The notes under the pieces were generated by a model, which saw only the letters and a program-made list of their open reading frames with translations, was not told the origin of the DNA and did no database searches. Of a DNA stretch of 64,000 bases, positions 50,585-64,000 are shown one piece after another. The DNA lies in assembly GCA_964035545.1 (NCBI GenBank), contig OZ037767.1:693680-757679 (forward strand), given 5' to 3'. A program made the position numbers and the translations under genes. Origin of the DNA: Bugula neritina. Taxonomy: Eukaryota; Animalia; Bryozoa. Numbering within the stretch: position 1 is the first letter of the stretch; every line of letters starts with the position of its first letter.

Positions 50585-50800
50585 AGAAAATTAATAATTA
50601 AAAGGTAGAAAGAATATTAATCCATTGATTAATCTTTGCGCAACACTGATGACCTAGGCTATATTGTGGCACGTGCCAAAACCTAATGATAACCAAATTT
50701 ACTAACAAGTCTCTATATCGACACGGACTAATTTTAATTGGTCACTGATGATCTATCTCAAGTTCTGATTGGTTAGATAAATCATGGCACGCGCCAACAC
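50585..50800 (-). promoter_or_regulatory. Putative Delta 5' non-coding exon and proximal promoter with two HES/E(spl)-class sites and CCAAT boxes
   Basis: Donor ct|gtaagtat at 50585/50584 on the minus strand. TGGCACGTGCCA at 50667-50678, TGGCACGCGCCA at 50785-50796, ATTGG near 50738 and 50768. Confidence 0.6.
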
Positions 50801-53800
50801 TTCAGTGTACGCACTCAATACACAAAGGAGTGCATATCAACAATATTAGTACAATTGAATTAAAATCCAATGCTAATGCTAACATCGATGTACGCCTAAT
50901 GGGTTACCTACATAATTTCAAGTAAGAAAATCCGGCTCACTGTTATGTAACATACATAACATATATATGTGCTGTTTTTATAAACTTTCGTATCAAAAAT
51001 ACTTTGCAATCAGCTTCAGTCCTTTCAATAAATGATTACTAGAGTGAGAAAATAGAAGCAGCTGGTGAGAGGGCACACTGCACACCTGCCCAGAACATGC
51101 TTTGCAATGTGCATTGTATTATAACACCACCTTGTAAATTAACAAAAGAAAAAATAACAATTTCTTTGAAGGATGTTTCGGAATTCTGTGTCTATTCCAT
51201 TGAAATTTCATACTAATTATTACTAATACAAATTGCTAACAATACCTACTAATTCACTTTGTACTAACTCCAGTTAAACATTTCAATGAGCAAACCTTAA
51301 GCAATTTTTATTTGAAAAAACAGTTGACATACAACTCGATTTTGATAATTAGTAATGAATTTTAATTAGGTGAATTTGGGGTTACAAATTTCAAATATTG
51401 TAACATTTCAGCTGATACTTTACTGAACATATGGCTGCCAGTTATTCTGTTAACACTTTTGTGGTCTTCCTTAAACGTTGCTAATAATTATTCAAGCATA
51501 TGGCCCCCACTATAAGCCTAGACTTATAATTGGTCTAAAATTTTATTTCTAAAGGTATATCACCTTCTAAATTTCATTTGCAGTTACATCAAAAGAAATT
51601 GGGCAGATGCCCAGTTCTTTGTGTTTACTCCACGCTCCAGTAATCATTTTGATAATTTCATTAAACTTCTCATTGCAATTTGCTGAGCTTAAGAATTATT
51701 CACATAATTTAAATTAAGAGTTGATATCTGAAACAATGAGCTAGAGTTGCAATTTTACCTGCATATAACAGATAGTTGAAAATTTTACCTGCAGTCACTG
51801 TTTTATTGATGTTTCACAATTATATTTATAAGCCAAAACTTTTTTCAATAACTCTTTGAGCTGCACCCCTGCAAGTTGATTCACCCCTTCTACATCCACC
51901 CCTGAAGACTGCAGTCTCGTGTGCTAATTTAAACAGCTCTCAAGAGTGTCTATCAAGTATTATAAATCAAGTAGTTAGAGAGATGCTGTGATGAGCTCGC
52001 AGCTGCTGTTATCAGTATCTACCCCACTCCTACCCCCACTGGCATATGCCCCTCCCAACAGACCAATGAGACGATACCCAACTCACCTGTCCTATTTGGC
52101 GGGATTCACTTGGCATTTAAATAGACTATGTTGAAGTTTATTTTGATCCTAAAATTAAATCATTACTGCTAATGTCAACCCTTTCCCATGCTAGAAGACA
52201 CTAATTAGTGCTTTGTGTCCATCATCTAGTTAACATCTAGTCAACTGGTTTCTCAATGGACAGACAACTTAAATCACATACAAAACGGCTAAAATTTTAG
52301 AATAAAAAAGTTGCCACTTTAATTTCTTTTGCTGTAATTTCCAAATTGAGAGGGCTTCGCTAGTGAGAAAAGTTCATACAATTTTTGCTTAATTGTTCTA
52401 CTTATATCGACCAACACTCACTGAGATACTTTACCAAGCTGTATTCATATTTCCTGCAAGTGAAATACTAATAAGCAGTAACAGATTAAACTCATCTTAA
52501 GGCCCAACTTATTGTGTAGAATTCGTATCAAAACAATGCATTGCCAATCAATCTTTTACCAGCTAGCATCTGCCTTACACTAATTGTTATTCTACAGCTA
52601 AGATCTGACATGTTGCATTCACGCATTCAGCAAATATCGATAAAAACCGTTGGTATGAATGAGGAATCAAGAAGCCAAGTTACTACAGTAAACAGAACAG
52701 GCACTGACACTCATTTGTTCAGCGTATGCCACTCTTTGTTATTCGTGTTGTCATTCTTTGATATGATCTTGTGCAGTTGACTTGCACACCTCAATCATAT
52801 TATAGATGTAAATCATTTCCCTTGTATAAAAGTAAACATAGCTATCATGATAATCCTGTAGCCTGTAGGGAGACAACTTCCAAGTAGCAGCAAGCACCTT
52901 GCATATGAAGTCATAGACTGCACAGTGTATTTATGGCATGTTGCTGAAGTGTGATGACAGGTTGCAGTCAGTGACAAGCACATGACACTACATGACATTC
53001 TCCTAAAGCCACACTTAGACAGAGCTCTTCAGTTTCTTGTATGCTAATTCAGTGAGGCGGATGAGAGTGCTGATAGGCTTTTACACAGTGTATCAATGTC
53101 AGTGTCTGAAAGGTCATTAACAGGCAGCATGCAGCACCATCAGGCACTGGGACAGATGGGACCATGAGGCATGACAACCTCAGGCAGGTGTGTGAAAACA
53201 TTTAATTTTGAGCTAATGGCTACGCACCTCAATTATTCTCTGATGGAGATAAAAATCTCATTAAATTTAATTGTCAGAATTACATTTCTGTTTGGCTGGT
53301 CTAAATATCTGCCAATCAGAGGATGAGCAAAGACAATAACCTGTTGAACTAAACCTGTAATTACACCATTAGGCTAATCTAATAGGTACAGAAACGGTAC
53401 AGATATGGCAGTTAAATTTGAATGGTAAACAGCTGGTATAAGGTTTATTTTGGTAAAGCAGCTGTTGCGGACAAACACTATTGACTATAGAGACCCGTCC
53501 TAAACCTAGACACTATAGTCCTAGAACCTATAGACCTAGCACAGTGCACCATGTAGGCTCAAGAGAATGTCTTATTGCTGTGCTGATAGCCAGCTTGTAT
53601 CCAGCATATCAACTGCACCTTTCTCTAAGTCATGTGTGATCTTTAACAGTTGTAACTTATTGATGATGTCACTAGGGCACTCGCTACGATAATGACACGC
53701 AGCAGGAGAGAGGAGCTTCATGTGTGTTATATATGTAACTAATTTTATGTAAGTTTGTTAGGATTTACCTGTTGCTTTTATGTCATAATAGAGTAAACCT

Positions 53801-56559
53801 GCTCGTCAACTCTGCTATTCTCTTCTCAAATCTAAAATCAAATGTTGGGAAGTTGAAGGAGTTGTGAATTATTACTGTAACTCTCCTACTATATGCAACA
53901 CATTATTTATAGGTTTTGTTAATTTAGAATATAACAGACATCTTAGTCTAGACGTATTATCTCTTTAAACCCTCACCAGGAATTCATCAGAATAATCAAT
54001 TTAAACTTGACAAACTCTGAATTACTTAATATCAAGAAGTGACCTAACAAAGCCCATGTCACTGATGTACCATTAAATAACACTTTCAACACAAGTTATT
54101 TATTTTCCCATGAGTTAAACAGTTAAACACACACTCTCTAAGCATCAACAGCTACTAAATTCAAGTCAACCAGCCACTGACTAAACATTGACATTAAAGA
54201 CTAAAGCAAATACATTCTGTTTAACAATAACATTGTTCTATTTCAACCCAGTTGATAGGTGCCCCCCTACTCTTGATAAACAGTTACTAGTGCAGAATAT
54301 TCTAAATATCAGTCATAGTGTGCTATTAGTTGAGACAAACAAGAACATTGGAAAAGTTTAAGCAGAAATTCAACTTTGAAAAGCCGTAAAAGACTTTAAT
54401 AAATAAATAAAGCTAAGCAACTACTACGTGATTTTCACTTAAATAACATACAAGAGAAGTGCTAGAACAGCCACTGTCTAATAAACTAGTGGCTGCAAAA
54501 GTTATTCAATTAAATTAATTTTAAATAATTAAAAAAAAAAGAAATTATTAATTTTTAGAAACTTTTTTTCAAGACATAATAATAATTTGTACTTCAATTT
54601 TGACTTTATAGAGTCATTAGATTATAGAGTCTTAGGAAGGGACTGCATGCATCATCCTATTTCATATGAATACTTTACTGGCAAATGTGACATGCACCAA
54701 TTAAATTCAAAATTAAAATGGATTTAAAATTTAAAAGCATCATCTTAGAAATCAATTCTGATTTAGAAATTACCGTAATATTACCAATTATTTTGATTAT
54801 TGGGCTAGCTGCAAGCAAGAAGGAATAACTCCAACTTTTACCAACTGGCAGATTTCGTATCCCTTTACTTTACAAACTATTATACTCTACAGTATGGCAG
54901 GTTGTATATTATAGACTATAGATTGTATATTATAGACTATAGATTGTATATTATAGATTATAGATTGTATATTATAGATTATGATGTAACCAACTACTTT
55001 TGTTTAACAACTGAAAGTCAAACTATAATATTTCTAATATACGCAAATAATGCAATAATAACAATAATAAAGAATGCAATAATATGTGTCTGTGACTTTT
55101 AAAGGTTGATGTTGCTGAGGTGGGACACTCAGCATGTGACATTACGTGACATCGTGTATGGGACAGGAAGTACTGTGTATAACAGCTAGTGAGGCAAGTC
55201 ACACAATGATCTGTGTGAAGCAGTAACTTGGTAAAGAAGCAAGTAAGACCAGAAGACAAAAGAAATGAGGAGCTGATCACAAGAGCAGCTCGGATTTCAA
55301 ACGATTCAGAAATAGAAGATAACTGATTTGATAATTAGTCAACTGTTTTATGTTGAAAGAGATGCGGTATAAATAAACTTCTGTATTGAATATAAAACTG
55401 TGAGACTTGTTAAGAGATATAATGTTTCTGTAGTCATCACAATGATTGGGCAGATATAACCCATCATATACTATCAGATATTAACATCTACCTTTGAGTC
55501 AGTGTTTGAGTGCACAAAGAGTTATATATAGGTGTATATAAACACTCAAAGAGTATAAATGGAACATACATTTATCTTGCAATAAATCAAGTCATTGCAG
55601 TTGTTTTGGTAACATGTACAAACCCATTGGCAGTATAGCAAATACATGATCTTTCCAAAAATAGAATATAAATAACATTTCATCATGTCATGTGTTTTCC
55701 ATCTGGAAAATATTCACATACTTCTATAATATTGTAACATAATTTGCACTAAACTCGAAAACATAATATTGATGCAACTATTTTGTACCTGTGTTTAACC
55801 TATGCTGTGCTTTTCTGTTGAAAACAACTTATATTTGGAGTTACCCTCTTTACTACGTGTTTGAAGTTATCGACTCTTTGATAAAGTATCAACTGAGTAT
55901 GATGCGTTAACAAGTAAATAACTCCAATTACAAAACTCAGAGCAATAGCAACAATTTTTCTCCTATTCCCAAACTCTTCCCCCAATAAATCTAAACAAGT
56001 TTTGTTACATCTCACCAAGCAGAGCTGGGAAATTTCCTCACAATTCAAGTAATTTCTTCAAATTTATTCACACCAGCTTTAACGCAATTCCCATTATAAC
56101 AACCCATATGACATCACACAGTGTTTCTCACACTTGGACTGCAGTTTTGTTTAAGTAGATTGGTGATAAGTTAATACAGTGCAGCTGTGTCATAAAGTCA
56201 TGGAAACACCATGAACTATCTACATCACTCTAATCTGCTCAACCAGCTGCTACACCTATATATGCAGTATTAAACCATATCTATACATAATATTTACCTC
56301 AGTTGTTACCATAGCAACCTAACCTGCATTATATTTCATCATTTTTATATCTTTTATCATAATTATGAAAATCAGGTGTACAAATCTGATGCAGCAGGAG
56401 GAAAACCTTTGAGACTGTCATTCAAGTTTCCACCTGTTTCCCAGCCTTATGGCCTGTTGGGCAGTTCCGTTTCTTACATAGGATTTAAACCCACTTATTA
56501 GTGTATGGGTTTAATATAAAACCTCTCAAGCAATAAAACATGCAGTCAGTTACAGATCT

Positions 56560-57063
56560 TAGTCAGCTAATAGGTCAGTCAGCTAATAGGTCAGTCAGCT
56601 AATAGGTCAGTCAGTTAATAGGTCAATCAGCTAATAGGTCAGTCAGCTAATGGGTCAGTCAGCTAATAGGTCAGTCAGCTAATAGATTAGTCAGCTAGTA
56701 GGTCAGTCAGCTAATAGGTTAGTCAGCCAATAGATTAGTCAGCTAATAGGTCAGTCAGCTAATAGGTCAGTCAGCTGGTAGGTCAGCTAGCTAATAGATT
56801 AGTCAGCTAATAGGTCAGTCAGCTAATAGGTCAGTCAGCCAATAGATTAGTCAGCTAATAGGTCAGTCAGCTAATAGGTCAGTCAGCTAATAGGTCAGTC
56901 AGCTAATAGATTAGTCAGCTAATAGGTCAGTCAGCTAATAGGTCAGTCAGCTAATAGGTCAGTCAGCTAATAGATTAGTCAGCTAATAGATTAGTCAGCT
57001 AATAGGTCAGTCAGCTAATAGGTCAGTCAGCTAATAGGTCAGTCAGCTAATAGGTCAGTCAGC
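56560..57063. repeat. 16-bp satellite (agtcagctaataggtc, ~31 copies)
   Basis: Visible tandem copies with an agatt variant. Confidence 0.96.
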
Positions 57064-57115
57064 TTATAATTTACTAAACTGAAGAATTGTTTGCCGATTT
57101 TTATGATGATAAAAC

Positions 57116-57881
57116 CATTATACTAACTCCATTCTAGCATTATACAAACTCTATTCTAGCATTATACTAACTCCATTCTAGCATTATACTAACTCTATTC
57201 TAGCATTATACAAACTCCATTCTAGCATTATACTAACTCCATTCTAGCATTATACAAACTCCATTCTAGCATTATACTAACTCCATTCTAGCATTATACA
57301 AACTCCATTCTAGCATTATACTAACTCCATTCTAGCATTATACAAACTCCATTCTAGCATTATACTAACTCCATTCTAGCATTATACAAACTCCATTCTA
57401 GCATTATACTAACTCCATTCTAGCATTATACAAACTCCATTCTAGCATTATACTAACTCCATTCTAGCATTATACAAACTCCATTCTAGCATTATACTAA
57501 CTCCATTCTAGCATTATACAAACTCCATTCTAGCATTATACTAACTCCATTCTAGCATTATACAAACTCCATTCTAGCATTATACTAACTCCATTCTAGC
57601 ATTATACAACTCCATTCTAGCATTATACAAACTCTATTCTAGCATTATACAACTCCATTCTAGCATTATACTAACTCCATTCTAGCATTATACTAACTCC
57701 ATTCTAGCATTATACAAACTCCATTCTAGCATTATACTAACTCCATTCTAGCATTATACAAACTCCATTCTAGCATTATACTAACTCCATTCTAGCATTA
57801 TACAAACTCCATTCTAGCATTATACTAACTCCATTCTAGCATTATACAACTCCATTCTAGCATTATACAAACTCTATTCTA
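57116..57881. repeat. 22-bp satellite (cattatac[t/a]aactccattctag), left arm, ~35 copies
   Basis: Visible tandem copies with alternating ctaa/caaa variants. Confidence 0.97.
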
Positions 57882-60419
57882 CACAGTTAGTTTAAGGTCA
57901 TTACTTTCCAGATTCATGCACTGCTTTATGTTATATATAAACGGTTTCCAGGGGATAGCTCGAACAGTTTTTGTCTCACATTAACAAATTTTACATGAAA
58001 AGATAGCTCTTGCATTCCTCTTTCATATACTTTTTTAATTTTTCAATAAAAAATTTTCTGAGAAAGTTGTTGCATAATAAGTAAAATTTTACACCCTCCA
58101 TGTTCCACTGCTGTAGCACAGGGGATTCATTTTATAAAGTCTAAAAGTTAAACTTGACATTCCTTGATATGTTTTCTCTAATATACTTTCTTTGTTTTTT
58201 GAAATTCTGTTTATGCTCTTCACAATTTGGTAAAAACATACACCATTTTGCAAGTTTCACTGCAATTTTCTAAATTCTTCATATGGTGGTTCTAGCTACG
58301 CTCCTGTGACTAATTATAACATTCCTAGTACGTTTGCCGCTCTGCGCTATCACAATAACATATAGTACCCTCTCGCACAAATTGGCAATCTATTGGATTT
58401 CTGCCAATATAATGTTCCCTGTTTTACATTAGCACTTAGCTGAATCATCTCACTATGTTACAATAATATATTGAAAATGCCTCAGCACAACATAATTCTT
58501 TGTTTGTTTGGCAGAGTTAATTTCAGCTAAATCACTTCACTTTGCAGTCTTGTCAGTAAAGGTCTGTCTATAGCGCAGCAGGTGTATACTTTCAGTTTCT
58601 CTAATTCACATATGATTATTTTAAGTACATTGTATTCTATAAGATCAATTTAAGGTTTAGTCTAGTGTTCAGTATCTAATTATTATGCATGTATGTTGTC
58701 TTACTGTTGAACAAAAGTTAAAAAAAAACTTTACAATTATAGCCATATTTATTATACATGCGTAGGATTTGCATAAGTTGACAAAAAAAATTGCAACAAA
58801 ACAGGGTTGAACCATGACCAACCAACTCGTCGCTGACGCCTCTAACCTCTGGACCACGCAGTCATGCTTCTAAACCGTGCACTATTTGAGTCACTATCAT
58901 TACATAAATATTTCGCGCGCAAATGGGTTATAATTATTAGGCTGTCAATTCATGTTGATAGCAGTCAAAGCAAATGGTTTTGAACAAATAACCCAAAAGT
59001 TTAAAAATAAGTAGCTTGCGTATTACTAGCTACAAAAACAGGTCTGAAATAGACTGGTAAAGCAAGCTCTTATTGTAGAGTTTGCAGATGTGCTCTAAAA
59101 TAAAACTTAAACTGTATGCTATTACATAAGTATTTGTATGCGAGAGATAAATGGACATTACTGAGTTTCTGGAAAACAACATACTTGAAGTTAACTTTGA
59201 CAATGGTGTGTTATTTTCATCATAGCTAGCCTATAGCATAAATCTCTAATCATATGAATCTTTATGAAGCCCACAGCTCATGTAAGGGTGGCAATGTAAT
59301 TTGAAACGAACAATTATGTTGCTGCATTGTGTCTAAGGTATATTAGAGAGCAGAATTTGGTTTTACTAGCCTACCCCAACGGCATTCTACAATGCAGCTT
59401 ATATGCTGGCAGTTGTAATAAGTACTGCCAATAGCAAGGTTACTATCACTGCTAGCTCTGTGCAGCATGTAACCTCTTGAATAATTGCGCCAATTTTAAA
59501 CTCTTGGAAGTTGGCCAAGTTATCATATCGCAGCCAGCCACCGGAGACAAAGCATCAGAGCTATTCATATAATATTATACTGATGCACTTGGTAGCAGAG
59601 TGGCTAATCTAATATAGTTCATAGTTCAACACCCTTTACTTTGGGAATACAGCCTCTTTTTTTAGGTTTACCTAACAAAGCATGAAAATATCTAAACTGA
59701 TATTCTGATAATTTAGAGGTACATTTTGAAAACTAGGTTAATTGCACTTGTTTGCGCAACAACAATAATAAAATAGATATTATGAAGTATAATAAAAACA
59801 CACATAATACTATATAATATATTATAATGATAATAATATAATATTATAAGTACCATTACTGCATTTTATAAATCACATGGTTGCCAAAAAAATGTATCAC
59901 AAATTTTGTAATTATACATCAAAAAGAGAACTAGCTAGGCAGCAGGTTAGAATAGAGTAAATTTTTAAAACATGAAATCATGATTTGACTATTGTTTTAT
60001 TTAGGCCAACCAACCTAGGAATACAAGATTGGGTTTTAGCTGACAGTTTATAACATTTAGCTTTTGAGCCAGCAGCACTGGCACTTGTGAAGTATAGGCA
60101 AAGTTAGTGAAGCGAGACTAACAAGCACTCAAATACAAGGCATATTATTGAGACACAATAACAAGTCAGGAGCGTATAAATTGAAAAGAATGTGGAAGGG
60201 GGACTATGTTTTTCAACAAGCTATAACTTAAACATGAATTGGCTTTTGAAAAAAATAAAAAAGTATATTGGAGAACATGAGTTTCTTTATCTTTTGATAT
60301 TTTTTTTGTTCCTGTGACATTCAACCTGTTCGAGCTATCAGTGGAACATTGTTCATATAGAACATAAAGCACCTGGCAAAGAGCCAGAAAATGAAAAGTA
60401 TGACCTTAAACCAACTGTG
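57882..60419. mobile_element. Non-autonomous TIR DNA transposon (2538 bp) with CACAGTT...AACTGTG termini and TA target-site duplication
   Basis: Left end cacagttagtttaaggtcattacttt matches the reverse complement of the right end, cacagttggtttaaggtcatacttt; imperfect similarity continues ~170 bp (shared gctttatgtt, gatagctcgaacag, atatactttttta). The satellite unit attcTAgcatt is split with TA on both sides (57880-1, 60420-1). No transposase ORF. Confidence 0.88.
58783..58863 (-). other. tRNA-derived / Pol III promoter-like segment inside the TIR element
   Basis: Minus strand reads gtggtccagaggttag (A-box-like) ... ggttcaaccc (B-box-like), followed by T-runs. Confidence 0.45.
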
Positions 60420-61535
60420 TAGCATTATACAACTCCATTCTAGCATTATACTAACTCCATTCTAGCATTATACTAACTCCATTCTAGCATTATACAAACT
60501 CCATTCTAGCATTATACTAACTCCATTCTAGCATTATACAAACTCCATTCTAGCATTATACTAACTCCATTCTAGCATTATACAACTCCATTCTAGCATT
60601 ATACAAACTCTATTCTAGCATTATACAACTCCATTCTAGCATTATACTAACTCCATTCTAGCATTATACAAACTCCATTCTAGCATTATACTAACTCCAT
60701 TCTAGCATTATACTAACTCCATTCTAGCATTATACAACTCCATTCTAGCATTATACAAACTCTATTCTAGCATTATACAACTCCATTCTAGCATTATACT
60801 AACTCCATTCTAGCATTATACTAACTCTATTCTAGCATTATACAAACTCCATTCTAGCATTATACTAACTCCATTCTAGCATTATACAACTCCATTCTAG
60901 CATTATACTAACTCCATTCTAGCATTATACAACTCCATTCTAGCATTATACAAACTCTATTCTAGCATTATACAACTCCATTCTAGCATTATACTAACTC
61001 CATTCTAGCATTATACAACTCCATTCTAGCATTATACTAACTCCATTCTAGCATTATACTAACTCCATTCTAGCATTATACAAACTCCATTCTAGCATTA
61101 TACTAACTCCATTCTAGCATTATACAAACTCCATTCTAGCATTATACTAACTCCATTCTAGCATTATACAACTCCATTCTAGCATTATACAAACTCTATT
61201 CTAGCATTATACAACTCCATTCTAGCATTATACTAACTCCATTCTAGCATTATACTAACTCTATTCTAGCATTATACAACTCCATTCTAGCATTATACTA
61301 ACTCTATTCTAGCATTATACAACTCCATTCTAGCATTATACTAACTCCATTGTAGCATTATACAACTCCATTCTAGCATTATACTAACTCCATTGTAGCA
61401 TTATACAACTCCATTCTAGCATTATACAACTCCATTCTAGCATTATACTAACTCCATTGTAGCATTATACTAACTCTATTCTAGCATTATACAAACTCTA
61501 TTCTAGCATTATACTAACTCCATTCTAGCATTATA
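60420..61535. repeat. 22-bp satellite, right arm, ~51 copies (21- and 22-bp variants)
   Basis: Same unit and phase as 57116-57881. Confidence 0.97.
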
Positions 61536-63576
61536 TAATATTAGCCCTGCACTCACTGTTAGCATTGCACTCTGTTCAGTTTCAGTTTAACTGTGTTTTG
61601 TTTGTGAATTTTCAATCAGTAATTCCATGGGAAAGAATGCAAACAATCGTTTCTATGCCTCTTGTATGCCTTGCTGTGTCCCAAAATAAACACTATGCTT
61701 GTGCATTACTCAATTCAACTAGTTTGTTATATCACATCTCACGGAGCCACACTGATTTCCACTTTAACACCACTAGATTGACCGTGTGAACTTTTCCTTG
61801 CTGATTATATTATAATATGAAATAACTTGGTGCAAGTTTGGAGTTGCATTCTCTATGTAATAATTTGAAGTATAATGAATACTTCAACTGCTATACCGTA
61901 CACAGCATACTAATGTATACACGTGGTATGTATAGTAATACACATGCAACATGATCAAAAGGCTTTCCTAAAGGGCAGTATTATATGCAGAGAACTTAAA
62001 ACTTACATGGATGTGTCCAAAGGGTTCAAGTCTTCGGTCTAAGCACTTAGCTAGTCACCGGTAGAGTATGTTAGCACCTGGAAAATAACCTGTGGTATTA
62101 GACACTATAACCTGTGGTATTAGACACTATAACCTGTGGTATTAGACACTATAACAGAACACATTTGTTATTTTATCTTAAATTACTATCAAAATTTTCA
62201 AACAAAAATTTTAGACTAATCACCAGAAAGTTGTTGAATTATTTGAAAATACTCCTTAATATTTAATCTTTCACATGTGTCAATGGCTGTGTGAATCTAG
62301 AGAATATCTGAGTCAGTCACTCAGTCAATATGAATTCATACTAGCAAGCTGTAAGACTCCTGGCTATGTAATATAATAGTCTAATTGCTCTGTTGACTCT
62401 AAGCAAGCTTGATTACTATCAACCCAATAAAACTATTATTAAACTTATCAGATTCCCCAGCTTGTCATATTAAGTCATGTTTTAGTGATCAATTAAAATC
62501 AAATGTTTTTAACAGAATTTCAGTAACAAAAAACCGTATTTAATCAATCAAACAGAACACATTTGAGTTTTTTGGTGAGAAAATATACGCATTGTAGCAG
62601 GGGAGATTATTGTTTTATTAACTTTTAATATTTTTGTCTTTCAAATAAAGAATAAAAATATGTGAAATAAGATGCACAGTCACTTTTACCCCTCCACATT
62701 TTTAGAAAATACAAAGTAATAGAACAATTAAAAATCCCTCGTCTAGTATAAATTTTATATGAAAATGTAGAAAAATATGAAACTACAAAAAATAGAATCA
62801 GTTACTTTTCTAGTAGCTAAAAACTAATCTATTAGAATAAAATATTTCAAATGAAGCCAACATTTTGTAGTCTAATATACAAGTGAGTTTGATTGCCAGA
62901 GAATATTTTAACATCCAGGTAAGACAAAAGAACAACTTCCATTGGATGATGCTTTACATAACATCATTTGGGTAGAGGAAGGAATGCCATTTATCATTGG
63001 GTAACATAACAGTCTCAACTTGAGGTCTACTCACGGAGCTAACTGTTTTAAATCCCTCGATATGATACACACCAATACACAGCAAATGTACAAGTGTGAG
63101 AAAAAGACATTTAGCCGACTTTTTCATTTGAGGGGAACAGCAAATTAGTGTTGAATTTCATAGCCTCCAGGCTCTGCAATTAACAAATCATTTAAATGAA
63201 GTCATCAATACTTAAATTAGTACAACGAATATCCATATTATAACACATTTGACTTCCTTATTCAGTAAAGCAGTAAAAGAAAATCAAGTCTTTCTTAACA
63301 TAATATAGCCAACCGAGACAAGCTGAGAAAATCTAGGAGAAATATTGAGGGCGAGTCATACATCTGGTTTAAAAATGCTGATGAAATTTCTGGCAATTTC
63401 TATGAGATTTTAATTCAGATTTTACTCTGTAGTTGAGAGTTGTACTTTAGATGTACAGCTAACAGATCATACTGGCCAGCAGTTTACTTTGTTAAGATAA
63501 ATTTTCTGAAATGCTTCGTATTGTAATGTAGGCACTCTATGACTATCTAAAAAGTAGGTGTATAGATAAATGCCGA

Positions 63577-63682
63577 TATTACAGTCAGCTAGGTGTCAGT
63601 ATTATAGTCAACTAGGTGTCAGTATTACAGTCAGCTAGGTGTCAGTATTACAGTCAGCTAGGTGTCAGTATTATAGTCAGTT
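63577..63682. repeat. 23-bp minisatellite (tattacagtcagctaggtgtcag, ~4.5 copies)
   Basis: Visible tandem copies. Confidence 0.9.
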
Positions 63683-64000
63683 ACTGGTAAATGTAGTCAA
63701 ACATCCACAGCAACTGTAAAAGTGAATGACTATAATTAGACAAATATTTCTAGAAATTCCAATTCTCTGCAAGACAAATCTTCAATATTTAATGAAATAA
63801 CATTTCAAAATCCTCTTTTTTCCCAGCACTGCTTTATATATATATAGCTTTTTGCTTTATCCTAAAGCACTGCTTTATGTAGCCCTAAACACTGCTTTAT
63901 ATTATAGCCCTAAAGCAGTGCTTTATATAGCCCTAGAACACTGCTTTATATAGCCCTAGAACAAGCTGCAAACTTATTCTAGTTGCCTTTAACACAGAAA

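Noticed and set aside
57116-61535. CRISPR-like appearance of regular repeats
   Set aside because: Head-to-tail units with no unique spacers, in a eukaryotic context with no cas genes.

Overview
This is AT-rich, intron-containing animal genomic DNA from an invertebrate; a lophotrochozoan such as a bryozoan is plausible but only an impression. I assembled eight spliced protein-coding genes by hand with frame-consistent GT-AG junctions: SSUH2-like (+, 5' partial), AP-3 sigma (+), HTD2-like MaoC dehydratase (-), SNW1/SKIP (+), an unnamed secreted IgV+EGF protein (-), ALDH3/FALDH (-), a ~2400-aa CASP8AP2/FLASH-like protein (+) and a Delta Notch ligand (-). About 14 kb of non-coding DNA lies upstream of Delta and holds a 22-bp satellite array split by a 2.5-kb TIR element with a TA duplication. 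Two recurrent patterns are not explained by the gene list. (1) Many intronic minisatellites have units that copy the adjacent splice junction, or fill an intron from GT to AG. (2) Degenerate 6-bp-periodic AT-rich domains sit just inside the promoter-proximal regions of at least five genes. Most short ORFs in the supplied track are repeat or antisense artefacts. Gene identities come from remembered family motifs, not from database searches.
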